From Kiritimatiellia bacterium (lineage in GTDB: Bacteria; Verrucomicrobiota; Kiritimatiellia; RFP12; UBA1067): a stretch of 38,812 bases of DNA. Both the position numbers and the translations under genes were made by a program. The notes under the pieces were generated by a model. That model was not told where the DNA came from and did not search any database. It saw only the letters and a list, made by a program, of their open reading frames with translations. The stretch lies in contig JAFRJH010000154.1 of the NCBI GenBank assembly GCA_017432385.1, positions 1 to 38,812 on the forward strand, written 5' to 3'. Within the stretch, counting starts at the first letter, position 1; each line of letters starts with the position of its first letter. Shown here piece by piece: positions 27,251 to 34,833 of the stretch.

Positions 27251-27773
27251 CGCCGCAGACTACGGCGCGGACGGCCTGCCCCGCCTCCGGCGCTGGTATG
27301 TCCTCTACGTGAAGCCGAGGACAGAGAAGAAGGCCGCGGCCTTTCTCGCGGGATACCGCTGCTTCGGCCATCTCCCGGTCTACGTCAGGATCACGCGCGT
27401 GCAGCGCCGCAAGGTGAGGCGCGAACTGCCGCTCTTCCCCGGCTATGTCTTCGCGCGCCTGTCCGCCGAGGAGCGCATGAAGATGCTGCGGACGAACCTC
27501 GTGGTGCGGACGATTTCCGTCGCGCGCCCCCGGGAGATGATCCACCAGCTGCGCCAGATAGCGCACGCCGCGCGCGGAGCCGCGGACCTCAGGCCGGCCC
27601 CGCAGATGTACAAGGTCGGAGACCTTGTCCGCATCAAGTACGGCCCCATGCGGGGAATCACGGGCTATGTCAAGCGCGAGGGGGCGAAGGCGGCGCTCTG
27701 CCTGAACGTGGAGATACTCGGCGCGGCGGCCGAGATGTCGGTCGATCCGTCCGATCTGGAACCCGCCGGTTGA
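27240..27773 (+). CDS. specialised NusG paralog (RfaH/UpxY/LoaP-like transcription antiterminator)
   Basis: NGN domain (RWYVLYVKPRTEKKAAAFL ... LFPGYVFAR) plus a KOW motif (GDLVRIKYGPMRGITGYV). Too short and divergent to be housekeeping NusG. ATG-27240 overlaps the AGCS gene by 11 nt; the exact start is uncertain. Confidence 0.7.
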   Translation: MPGDAADYGADGLPRLRRWYVLYVKPRTEKKAAAFLAGYRCFGHLPVYVRITRVQRRKVRRELPLFPGYVFARLSAEERMKMLRTNLVVRTISVARPREMIHQLRQIAHAARGAADLRPAPQMYKVGDLVRIKYGPMRGITGYVKREGAKAALCLNVEILGAAAEMSVDPSDLEPAG

Positions 27774-27799
27774 ACGTCTGAACAAAGGAGGTACAAGCC

Positions 27800-29491
27800 A
27801 TGGCTGTGGACAAATGGATGCGCAGGTCGATTGTCGTGCTGCTGTCCGCCGCGCTGCTGGTCGGAGCGGCGGCGTGCGTGCTCATACCGTCGATCCCCGG
27901 AACCTACGAACTGATGATGCCCATGCCCGACGGCGTCAGGCTATACACGTGCGGGACGCTCCCGCGCGGCGCGAAGAAGTGCCCCGTCGTCGTGCTCCGT
28001 ACGCCGTATTGGGAAGAGAAGAAGATGAGCATGAACTCGCTGCGGATGGTAGGGATGCCCGTCTACAGGCGCGGCTACATCTACCTCGTCCAGCACTGCC
28101 GCGGAACAGGAATGAGCGAGGGCGACTTCGTCCAGTTCGAGGCCGAGCGCACGGACGGACAGGCGCTCCTGGACTGGATACGGAAGCAGCCCTGGTACAA
28201 CGGGGAGATATTCCTGATGGGCGGCAGCTACCATTCGTCGGTCCACTGGGCGTACCTCGACACGAACCCTCCGGACATCAAGGGCGCCGTGCTGCCGATC
28301 ATGGATGTCGACAACTACAGGATACACTACCGGAACGGCTTCTACAAGTCGGGGCTGGTGGGGGATTGGTCGAAGATCGTCTACAGACGCAAGGACAGGA
28401 CCCTGAAGCGCGACGAGTCCGTGAAGTTCTCCGACTTCCCCCTCGTCGACTTCGCAAAGCGGTACTGGGGCGTCGACGAGCCGGTTTTCCGCAACGTCGT
28501 CTCCCACCCGCGGCGGGACGATCCGTTCTGGAGCTCCGGCGAGCCGGGCAGCGGCGCGTGCAGCAGAAGGGGGTTCCTCGACTCCACGATGCCCGTCATG
28601 CTCGTCACGGGCGCCTACGATCCGTTCCTGGAGGGCATGTGCGACATGTGGCGCGAAACGCCGCGCTCGCGTCTCGCCAACTGTTCGCTCCTGATCGACG
28701 CATGCGACCACGACGGCAAGATTCCCGACGAGATGAAGGGCACCCTGGGCGAGTTCCCGGGAGGCGGGCGCCTTCAGGACCATGACGCGATATTCGACTG
28801 GTTCGAATACTGCCGTACCGGCAAGCCGTCCCCGACCGCGCCTCCGGGCAAGGTGCGCATCTACTCGCTGTGGGAAAACGCCTGGATTGAGTCCGACATG
28901 CCGCCGCAGGGCCCGCGTCGCGTCGATTTCAGGCTCGGCGAAGGCGCGCGCAGCTGGACCTATGACCCCAAGAGGGAGCTTCCCGACTTCCCGGGCTCCG
29001 GCGCGCTCTGCTTCGGCGGGATGCGCTTCCAGCCGGATCCGGGGTGGCGTGACGACGTCGTCTCGTTCGTCCTGCCGCCCGTCGGCGAGCGCCTTGACGT
29101 GCGTGGACGCATGGAGGCGTCGCTTGCCGTGTCGAGCGACTGCGAAGACACGGCCTTCTACGTCCGGGTAAGCGTCGACAAGGGCGAGGGGCGCTGGTAT
29201 CTTCTCCGCGACGACATCACGTCGCTGTGCGCGGACGGGCGGGAATACGCTCCTGGAACCGAGAAAACGGTGGTTCTCCGAATGTCCGACATCGCGTTCC
29301 GGCTCGAGAAGGGCGACAGGCTGCGCGTGGACGTCTCGAGCGCATGTTCGCAGTTCGCGCCGCACGGGAACGTGAAGGGCGTACAGTGCTTTGTGCGCGA
29401 ACCGAAGGTCGCGAGAAACACGGTGTTCGCCGAGCGCTCGACGCTTTCCCTCTTTGTCGACGAGCCCGCCGCGCCGCTCGCCAACCGCTAG
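27800..29491 (+). CDS. CocE/NonD-family hydrolase (S15 X-Pro dipeptidyl-peptidase-like)
   Basis: Signal/anchor sequence. PVVVLRTPY, RG.G.SEG.F, E..DG.ALLDWI..QPWYNGEIFLMGGSYHS (nucleophile elbow G-x-S-Y) and a C-terminal beta-sandwich region. AAGGAGG Shine-Dalgarno. Confidence 0.8.
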   Translation: MAVDKWMRRSIVVLLSAALLVGAAACVLIPSIPGTYELMMPMPDGVRLYTCGTLPRGAKKCPVVVLRTPYWEEKKMSMNSLRMVGMPVYRRGYIYLVQHCRGTGMSEGDFVQFEAERTDGQALLDWIRKQPWYNGEIFLMGGSYHSSVHWAYLDTNPPDIKGAVLPIMDVDNYRIHYRNGFYKSGLVGDWSKIVYRRKDRTLKRDESVKFSDFPLVDFAKRYWGVDEPVFRNVVSHPRRDDPFWSSGEPGSGACSRRGFLDSTMPVMLVTGAYDPFLEGMCDMWRETPRSRLANCSLLIDACDHDGKIPDEMKGTLGEFPGGGRLQDHDAIFDWFEYCRTGKPSPTAPPGKVRIYSLWENAWIESDMPPQGPRRVDFRLGEGARSWTYDPKRELPDFPGSGALCFGGMRFQPDPGWRDDVVSFVLPPVGERLDVRGRMEASLAVSSDCEDTAFYVRVSVDKGEGRWYLLRDDITSLCADGREYAPGTEKTVVLRMSDIAFRLEKGDRLRVDVSSACSQFAPHGNVKGVQCFVREPKVARNTVFAERSTLSLFVDEPAAPLANR

Positions 29492-29544
29492 GTCCGCGCT
29501 TCGCGCGCCCCTGCGGATGCCGGGCATGAGCAGCTTTTCCCCCA

Positions 29545-29560
29545 CCCCTCACTTGAGGGG
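29545..29560 (+). terminator. GC-rich hairpin after the CocE/NonD gene (possible terminator)
   Basis: CCCCTCA-ct-TGAGGGG inverted repeat read at 29545-29560, about 55 nt after the stop. There is no clean U-tract and it abuts the next -35 box. Confidence 0.3.
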
Positions 29561-29589
29561 TTGCCCACTTCCCGCAGAAAAACTATAAT
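29561..29589 (+). promoter_or_regulatory. sigma70-type promoter (TTGCCC-17 bp-TATAAT)
   Basis: TTGCCC at 29561-29566 and TATAAT at 29584-29589. A leader of about 70 nt precedes ATG-29665. Confidence 0.6.
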
Positions 29590-29664
29590 TACATCGACAA
29601 TGTGCATCCACCGGGTGCATATGTGCCGAGTCGGCAGAAATTAATGCCACAAATGGGGAAAACA

Positions 29665-31272
29665 ATGAAGACTGGACGCACGAGAATCGGACTGGCCGCC
29701 GCGGTCGTATCCGCGGTTGCCGCGCTTGCCCCGGGAGATGCCCCGGGGGCAATAGCCACCAACGAACTCCACATCGCCGAGGCGACGGGCAAGGCCGTGA
29801 AGCCGCTCCACGGACTCGGCGGCGGACCGAAGACTGGCTGGGGCATAGGCAAGGACGGCGGCATATACAACGACGCCTCGCCGCTCTACCGCAAGGTCGC
29901 CCCGCCGTTCGTGCGCCTCCACGACATCGAGACGCCGTTCGCGCGCGAGCAGTTCTTCGACATGCACGTGTACACGAACGACACGACTGCCGGGCACGCC
30001 CGCTACTTCGACCGGTCCGACGCCTACATCGACGCCATCGTCGCCGTGGTGCCCCAGGCGAAGATCATCTTCCGTCTCGGCGAGTCCATCGGCGCGCAGG
30101 ACAGCATTAACCCGTACGCCGTGAAACCGTCCGACTACGACGCGTGGACGGCCGCCGCGGTAGACATCGCCGAGCACTACGTGAAGAAGTACCCCAGGGT
30201 CGAGTGGTGGTTCGAGATCTGGAACGAGGCGAACCTCACCGGGCCGGAGGGCTCCGACTGCCACAAGACCTTCTCCTCCGCGCCCAACTCCGGAGACACG
30301 TGCCCCGCGGCGGACTACTTCGCCCTCTACGAGAAGGCGGCGCTCGCGCTCGGGCAGCTCAGGAAGACGGGCGGATACCGGAACATGAAGATCGGCGGAC
30401 CCGCCGAGAGCGGAATCGAGAAGGACGACTGGTCGACGTTCTCGTGCCAGGAGTTCCTCGCGGACCTCGAGCGCTACAACGCCGAGCACAAGTGCGTCGT
30501 CCCGCTCGACTTCTACTCGTGGCACCAGTACGACGGCCCGACGGTCGTGACGCCCGTCGCCGACGAGGTGAGGAAGCTCCTCGCCGCCACGAAGCACTAC
30601 CGCAAGACGCTCAACATCTGCGACGAGTGGAACCTCACCGTGGACAACAGCCGCGTAGGCAAGATCGGCCTCGCCGAGGGCGCGGCCAACACGCTCGCCA
30701 CGATGATCTCCTGGCAGGACTCGGGGCTCGACGGCGCGGTCTACTACGACGCCCAGCTCACCGGCGGCTTCAACGGACTCTGGTACAAGCCGTACCTCGA
30801 CCTCATGACGGGCGACCAGCAGTCCATGATGGAGCTGATGGCGGCGTATGCGCAGGGCGGCATCCCCGCCGTCACGGACGAGCAGCGGCGGATCCTCGCC
30901 CCCTACGCGGAGACTCCCAACGTCCCTCTCTGCGGATACTGGGCTATGCGAGCCTTCTCCGCCGTTGCCGCGCACGGCCGTGTGCTCGGCGTCGACCGCG
31001 GTGCCGCGGTCCCGTCGACTGTCTACGCCCTCGCGAGCCGCGACGCCGCGGGCGGCGCGATCGCCATCGTCAACAACTCCAGCTCGTCCGCGAAGATCCG
31101 CGTTGGGGCGATTCCGTTTCCGGCTCCCGTTACCATGTGCCGCGTGAAGGGCTCGAACACGGCCGGTGCGGCGGTCACGCCGGTCGCCTCGACCCTCTCC
31201 GGCGACTCCGTGGACCTCACGCTCGACCCGTACGAAATCGTCCTCATCGGTACGGGCGGCGGAATGCAGTGA
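29665..31272 (+). CDS. secreted glycoside hydrolase, clan GH-A (GH39-like TIM barrel)
   Basis: Signal peptide MKTGRTRIGLAAAVVSAVAALA. Acid/base motif WWFEIWNEAN. Candidate nucleophile in LNICDEWN. ATG-29665 is preceded by GGGGA. The family number is not certain. Confidence 0.6.
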   Translation: MKTGRTRIGLAAAVVSAVAALAPGDAPGAIATNELHIAEATGKAVKPLHGLGGGPKTGWGIGKDGGIYNDASPLYRKVAPPFVRLHDIETPFAREQFFDMHVYTNDTTAGHARYFDRSDAYIDAIVAVVPQAKIIFRLGESIGAQDSINPYAVKPSDYDAWTAAAVDIAEHYVKKYPRVEWWFEIWNEANLTGPEGSDCHKTFSSAPNSGDTCPAADYFALYEKAALALGQLRKTGGYRNMKIGGPAESGIEKDDWSTFSCQEFLADLERYNAEHKCVVPLDFYSWHQYDGPTVVTPVADEVRKLLAATKHYRKTLNICDEWNLTVDNSRVGKIGLAEGAANTLATMISWQDSGLDGAVYYDAQLTGGFNGLWYKPYLDLMTGDQQSMMELMAAYAQGGIPAVTDEQRRILAPYAETPNVPLCGYWAMRAFSAVAAHGRVLGVDRGAAVPSTVYALASRDAAGGAIAIVNNSSSSAKIRVGAIPFPAPVTMCRVKGSNTAGAAVTPVASTLSGDSVDLTLDPYEIVLIGTGGGMQ

Positions 31273-31320
31273 CGGGACATTGTGCGTCATAGGCAATCTT
31301 TTATGCTGAAGGGAGCAGAC

Positions 31321-34300
31321 ATGAAGAAGGTTTTAGCGGCCGCCGTCGCGGCCATCGGATGCATCGGCGCCTGGGCCGACACCTGGACGGACGCGTCCAC
31401 GGGACTCGTATGGCCCTACACGGTCGCGAACGGAGTGGCGACTCTTGGCGGACTCGACAGCTCGGCTACCACCATTCCGCGCGGCACTTCCGGCGCGGTC
31501 ACGCTTCCCGCCACGCTCGGCGGCAATCCCGTGGTCTTCGTCGGCGACTATGCGTTCAGGGGGTGCAGCAACCTCACGAGCGTGACGGTTCAGGACGGAA
31601 TCGGGAACATCGGCAGCTCGGCGTTCGAGGGCTGCGTCGCGCTCACGTCCGTCACAATCGGAAAGGATGTCACGAACATCTGGTTCAGGCCGTTCTCCGG
31701 ATGCCGCAGCCTCGCGACGATTCAGGTATCGGGGGGCAATCCGCGGTACAAGGCGTCCGGCGGGCACCTGCTCACCAAGGACGGCAAGACGCTCGTGTGC
31801 GGCGTCAAGGGCTCGAACGGCTCCGCGTCCGTCCCGTCCGGCGTGACGACCATCGGCGACTACGCGTTCGAGGGGCGCGGCGGACTCGCCTCCGCGACGA
31901 TTCCCGCGGGCGTGACGACAATCGGAGTCCGCGCCTTCGCAGACTGCGCCTCGCTTGCAGGCGTGACGATCGGAAGCGGCGTCGAGTCCATCGGGGAATC
32001 CGCTTTCTCGGGCTGCCGCTCCCTAGCGAGCGTCGTGATCCCCGCGGGAGTCGCCCACATCGGCGACTGGGCGTTCGCGGACTGCACCGGACTGTCGACC
32101 CTCTCGAAGGTGACGTTCTCCGGCAACATGGACGGTGTTGAAATGAACATTTGGCGCGCCTTTGTCGGTACGCCGTGGATTGACGCCTACGTCGCCGCAA
32201 TCGCGAAGCCGGCGAACGACAACCGCGCCGGGGCGATTGCGCTAACCGGGAGAAGCGGCATTGCGAACGGCACGAACGCGGGCGCGGGCTCCGAGCAGGA
32301 CGAGGCGATCTGCGCCGTCTGGGATGCGGCGGCTCCGGCTTGGTGGGGATGGAAGACCGTCTGGTGGAAATGGACCGCGCCCGCCAGCGAGAGAATCAGC
32401 TTCCTTACCAGGGGCTCAGGATTCGACACGGTGCTCGGCGTATTCACCCTCGGCTCCGGCAATGCGCCAGCCCTTGTCGACGACTGCGACGACTCCTCCG
32501 CGAACCTCTCGAGCCAGGTGTCCTTCAACGCAGTCAAGGACACGACGTACTACATCGCCGTGGCCGGACACGAATCGCAGATGGGCGACATAGTCCTCCG
32601 CTGGAAGGGCGCGACCAAGGTGACCTTGTCGTACGGACAGCTCGCGGCGGACTCTTATGCGAAGTCGATGTCCATCAAGTTCAACCTCGTCCAGCAGGGT
32701 GTGACGCTCACGAACTTCCCGGCGCTCGTCAGGCTCTCGACAGAAACGCCCGGCTTCAGCTACGCCGACTTCCGGAAGGCGAAGGGCGGCGACCTCCGGT
32801 TCGCGGACGCGGACGGCAACCTCCTGCCGCACGAGATCGACACGTGGAACGAAGACGGAGTCTCGACTGTCTGGGTGAAGGTGCCGCGCCTTGAGAAGGA
32901 TACGACAATCAGCGCCTTCTACGGCTGCACCGGCACGCCCGTGGCGGTCGACCCGAAGGACGTGTGGGACCTCGACTACGTCGGCGTCTGGCATCTCGGC
33001 GAGCGCGCGCTCCCTCTCGAAGAGTCGAGCTTGACCTCGAGCGACTTCGAGTTCGCGAGCGGACCGAGCGTCGGCTACGCAGCAAGGGGCGTCGTCGGCG
33101 GATCAGTCGACTTCGGCGATCCGCAGCGCGGCAGGATGCTGCAGGCCCCCGACCACGATGCGCTCGACGGATTCACGAAGTGCACCTTCGAGGCGTGGAC
33201 CTTCCCGACAAACCGCCCGGCAAGCGGCGACAAGAACGCGGCGATCCTCTCCAAGCGCGCCGGATGGGGCAACAAGGCGTCGTACCATCTCTACGACACC
33301 GGCTCCGGCGCGTCCCTGGTCGTCTCGTCGAACAGCACTACGCATACATCGGCCGCGAGCATCGGCTCCGTGGCGGCGAACACCTGGACCCACCTTGCGG
33401 TATCCTTCGACGCAGGAAGCCTGAAGAGCTACAAGAACGGCGCCTCCGCCGGCACCGCGACATGCGCAGTCAAGAAGATCAACTCCGGCGCCGCCGATCT
33501 CTGCCTCGGCAACTTCAATCCGACCGACGCGCGCAACTTCCCAGGCCGGATCGACGAGGTCCGCATCTCGAAGGTCGCCCGCTCCGCGGCGTGGGTCAAG
33601 GCGACGCACGACACGATCGCTAACGCCGGTTCCGCGACGTACACCGTTAGCGGCGGCATCACGCCCACTGACCTCGTCACCCTGGGAACGCGCGAATACA
33701 CGACGCGGTCCTTTGGATCGCAGAAGGTGCGCTGCTACCGCGACCTCGTCTACGGCACGCGCGACGACGCGCCTGGCGAGGGCGCGGAGTACGCCGGCGC
33801 GGAAGGCGCGTACAACCGCCACCGCTCCGGCAACTACTACGACGTCTACGTCGCGGAGTCGTTCCTGAACTCGCCGGAGGCGCTTGCCGACATGCCGGTC
33901 TTCGTCTACCTGCACGGCGGCAGCTGGTCTGAGAAGTACGACAAGGACGGCTCGAACGGCGACTTCCTCGGCCGGGTCGCCACCAACGGCTACGTCGTCA
34001 TTACGATGGACTACCAGCTCCAGAACGAGATGTCCATGGCCGGCGGCGGCTTCACGCCCCGCGCGAACGCCTCCTTCGCGGACATGCTCGGCGACATCGA
34101 CACGCTGCTGACCTACCTCAAGGCGCAGCTGCCGACGATTGGGATGACGAACACCCGGGTCGTGATCGGAGGCGATTCCGCGGGCGCGCACCTCTCGATG
34201 TGCTACGCATGGGACCAGAACGGATCCAACCGCCTCCCCGGCGTCTCGCTCCGCCACGACCTCGAGATATCGTGCGTTACGTCCGTCGTAGGTCCGTCCG

Positions 34301-34680
34301 ACCTCTCGGCGGTCTTCGGACAGCAGATCGCCATGTTCGCCTCGCTTCCTCCCGAGTACCAGGCGGCGATGGCGTCGTCGCTGGCATTCTTCAGCGCGCT
34401 CACCGGCGCCGACGTCGCCGGCATGCTCGCCGCCGGTGATATCTCCGGAGTGAACGCGGTGCTCGCGGCCTGGTCGCCGCTTGGGCTTGTGGACAACGAG
34501 TCGTGCCGGGCGATACTTGCCTACGGCTATACGGGCGACGCCTTGACGGAGAGCTCGACGGACGGCGTAGTGCCGATCTCGAACTTCAATTCGCTCACCA
34601 ATGCGTTCGCCGCGTCCGGCGTTTCCTACGACGCGAGGCTCTTCAACATGGACCACGGCAGCCTGAGCGGCGGCAGCTAG
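31321..34680 (+). CDS. giant secreted multidomain protein: BspA-type LRR, pre-peptidase-C-like domain, DUF2341, LamG, family IV (HSL-like) esterase
   Basis: Signal peptide MKKVLAAAVAAIGCIGAWA. LRR_5 repeats (IGDYAF.GC..LTSVTI). NDN.AGAI.L...WWKWTAP...DT.L.V domain. DUF2341 (FPALVRLS...DLRF.D..G..L.HEID.W...G.S.VWVKVP). LamG (FT.EAW...ILSK...W.HLAV...NG...G.IDEVRIS). Esterase motifs HGGSW and GGDSAGA. Ends at a TAG that is in frame with the next ORF. Confidence 0.8.
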   Translation: MKKVLAAAVAAIGCIGAWADTWTDASTGLVWPYTVANGVATLGGLDSSATTIPRGTSGAVTLPATLGGNPVVFVGDYAFRGCSNLTSVTVQDGIGNIGSSAFEGCVALTSVTIGKDVTNIWFRPFSGCRSLATIQVSGGNPRYKASGGHLLTKDGKTLVCGVKGSNGSASVPSGVTTIGDYAFEGRGGLASATIPAGVTTIGVRAFADCASLAGVTIGSGVESIGESAFSGCRSLASVVIPAGVAHIGDWAFADCTGLSTLSKVTFSGNMDGVEMNIWRAFVGTPWIDAYVAAIAKPANDNRAGAIALTGRSGIANGTNAGAGSEQDEAICAVWDAAAPAWWGWKTVWWKWTAPASERISFLTRGSGFDTVLGVFTLGSGNAPALVDDCDDSSANLSSQVSFNAVKDTTYYIAVAGHESQMGDIVLRWKGATKVTLSYGQLAADSYAKSMSIKFNLVQQGVTLTNFPALVRLSTETPGFSYADFRKAKGGDLRFADADGNLLPHEIDTWNEDGVSTVWVKVPRLEKDTTISAFYGCTGTPVAVDPKDVWDLDYVGVWHLGERALPLEESSLTSSDFEFASGPSVGYAARGVVGGSVDFGDPQRGRMLQAPDHDALDGFTKCTFEAWTFPTNRPASGDKNAAILSKRAGWGNKASYHLYDTGSGASLVVSSNSTTHTSAASIGSVAANTWTHLAVSFDAGSLKSYKNGASAGTATCAVKKINSGAADLCLGNFNPTDARNFPGRIDEVRISKVARSAAWVKATHDTIANAGSATYTVSGGITPTDLVTLGTREYTTRSFGSQKVRCYRDLVYGTRDDAPGEGAEYAGAEGAYNRHRSGNYYDVYVAESFLNSPEALADMPVFVYLHGGSWSEKYDKDGSNGDFLGRVATNGYVVITMDYQLQNEMSMAGGGFTPRANASFADMLGDIDTLLTYLKAQLPTIGMTNTRVVIGGDSAGAHLSMCYAWDQNGSNRLPGVSLRHDLEISCVTSVVGPSDLSAVFGQQIAMFASLPPEYQAAMASSLAFFSALTGADVAGMLAAGDISGVNAVLAAWSPLGLVDNESCRAILAYGYTGDALTESSTDGVVPISNFNSLTNAFAASGVSYDARLFNMDHGSLSGGS
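32830..32885 (+). repeat. DNA-level copy 1 of the conserved DUF2341 core (paired with 38311-38366)
   Basis: Hand alignment gives 49 of 56 identical nucleotides with 38311-38366 (cacgagatcgacac.tggaac......gg.gtctcgactgt.tgggtgaaggtgcc). Confidence 0.8.
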
Positions 34681-34833
34681 ACGAGCGCCACCTGGATCGT
34701 CGAGAAGCTCGGCGCGCTTAAGTCGTCGTTTCAGGACGACGAGCCACAGCGGATCCTCTACGTCAACGTCGAGGGAAGTGCGACGACCAACACGCTCGAC
34801 GCCGCGCTCGTCACGGAGTACATCACGAACATC

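Noticed and set aside
31480-32130. Tandemly repeated DNA in the LRR region, considered as a possible CRISPR-like or satellite array.
   Set aside because: The periodicity is at the protein level: degenerate BspA-type leucine-rich repeats of about 23-25 residues. There are no identical direct repeats with unique spacers, and the region lies inside a continuous ORF.
34678-34680. Genome-wide reassignment of TAG (an amber-recoded genetic code) as the explanation for the in-frame TAG.
   Set aside because: TAG appears to function as an ordinary stop for at least four other well-defined genes in the window: 8803-8805, 17597-17599, 29489-29491 and 36952-36954. Global recoding is therefore unlikely. 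Local readthrough, mutation or sequencing error remain possible.
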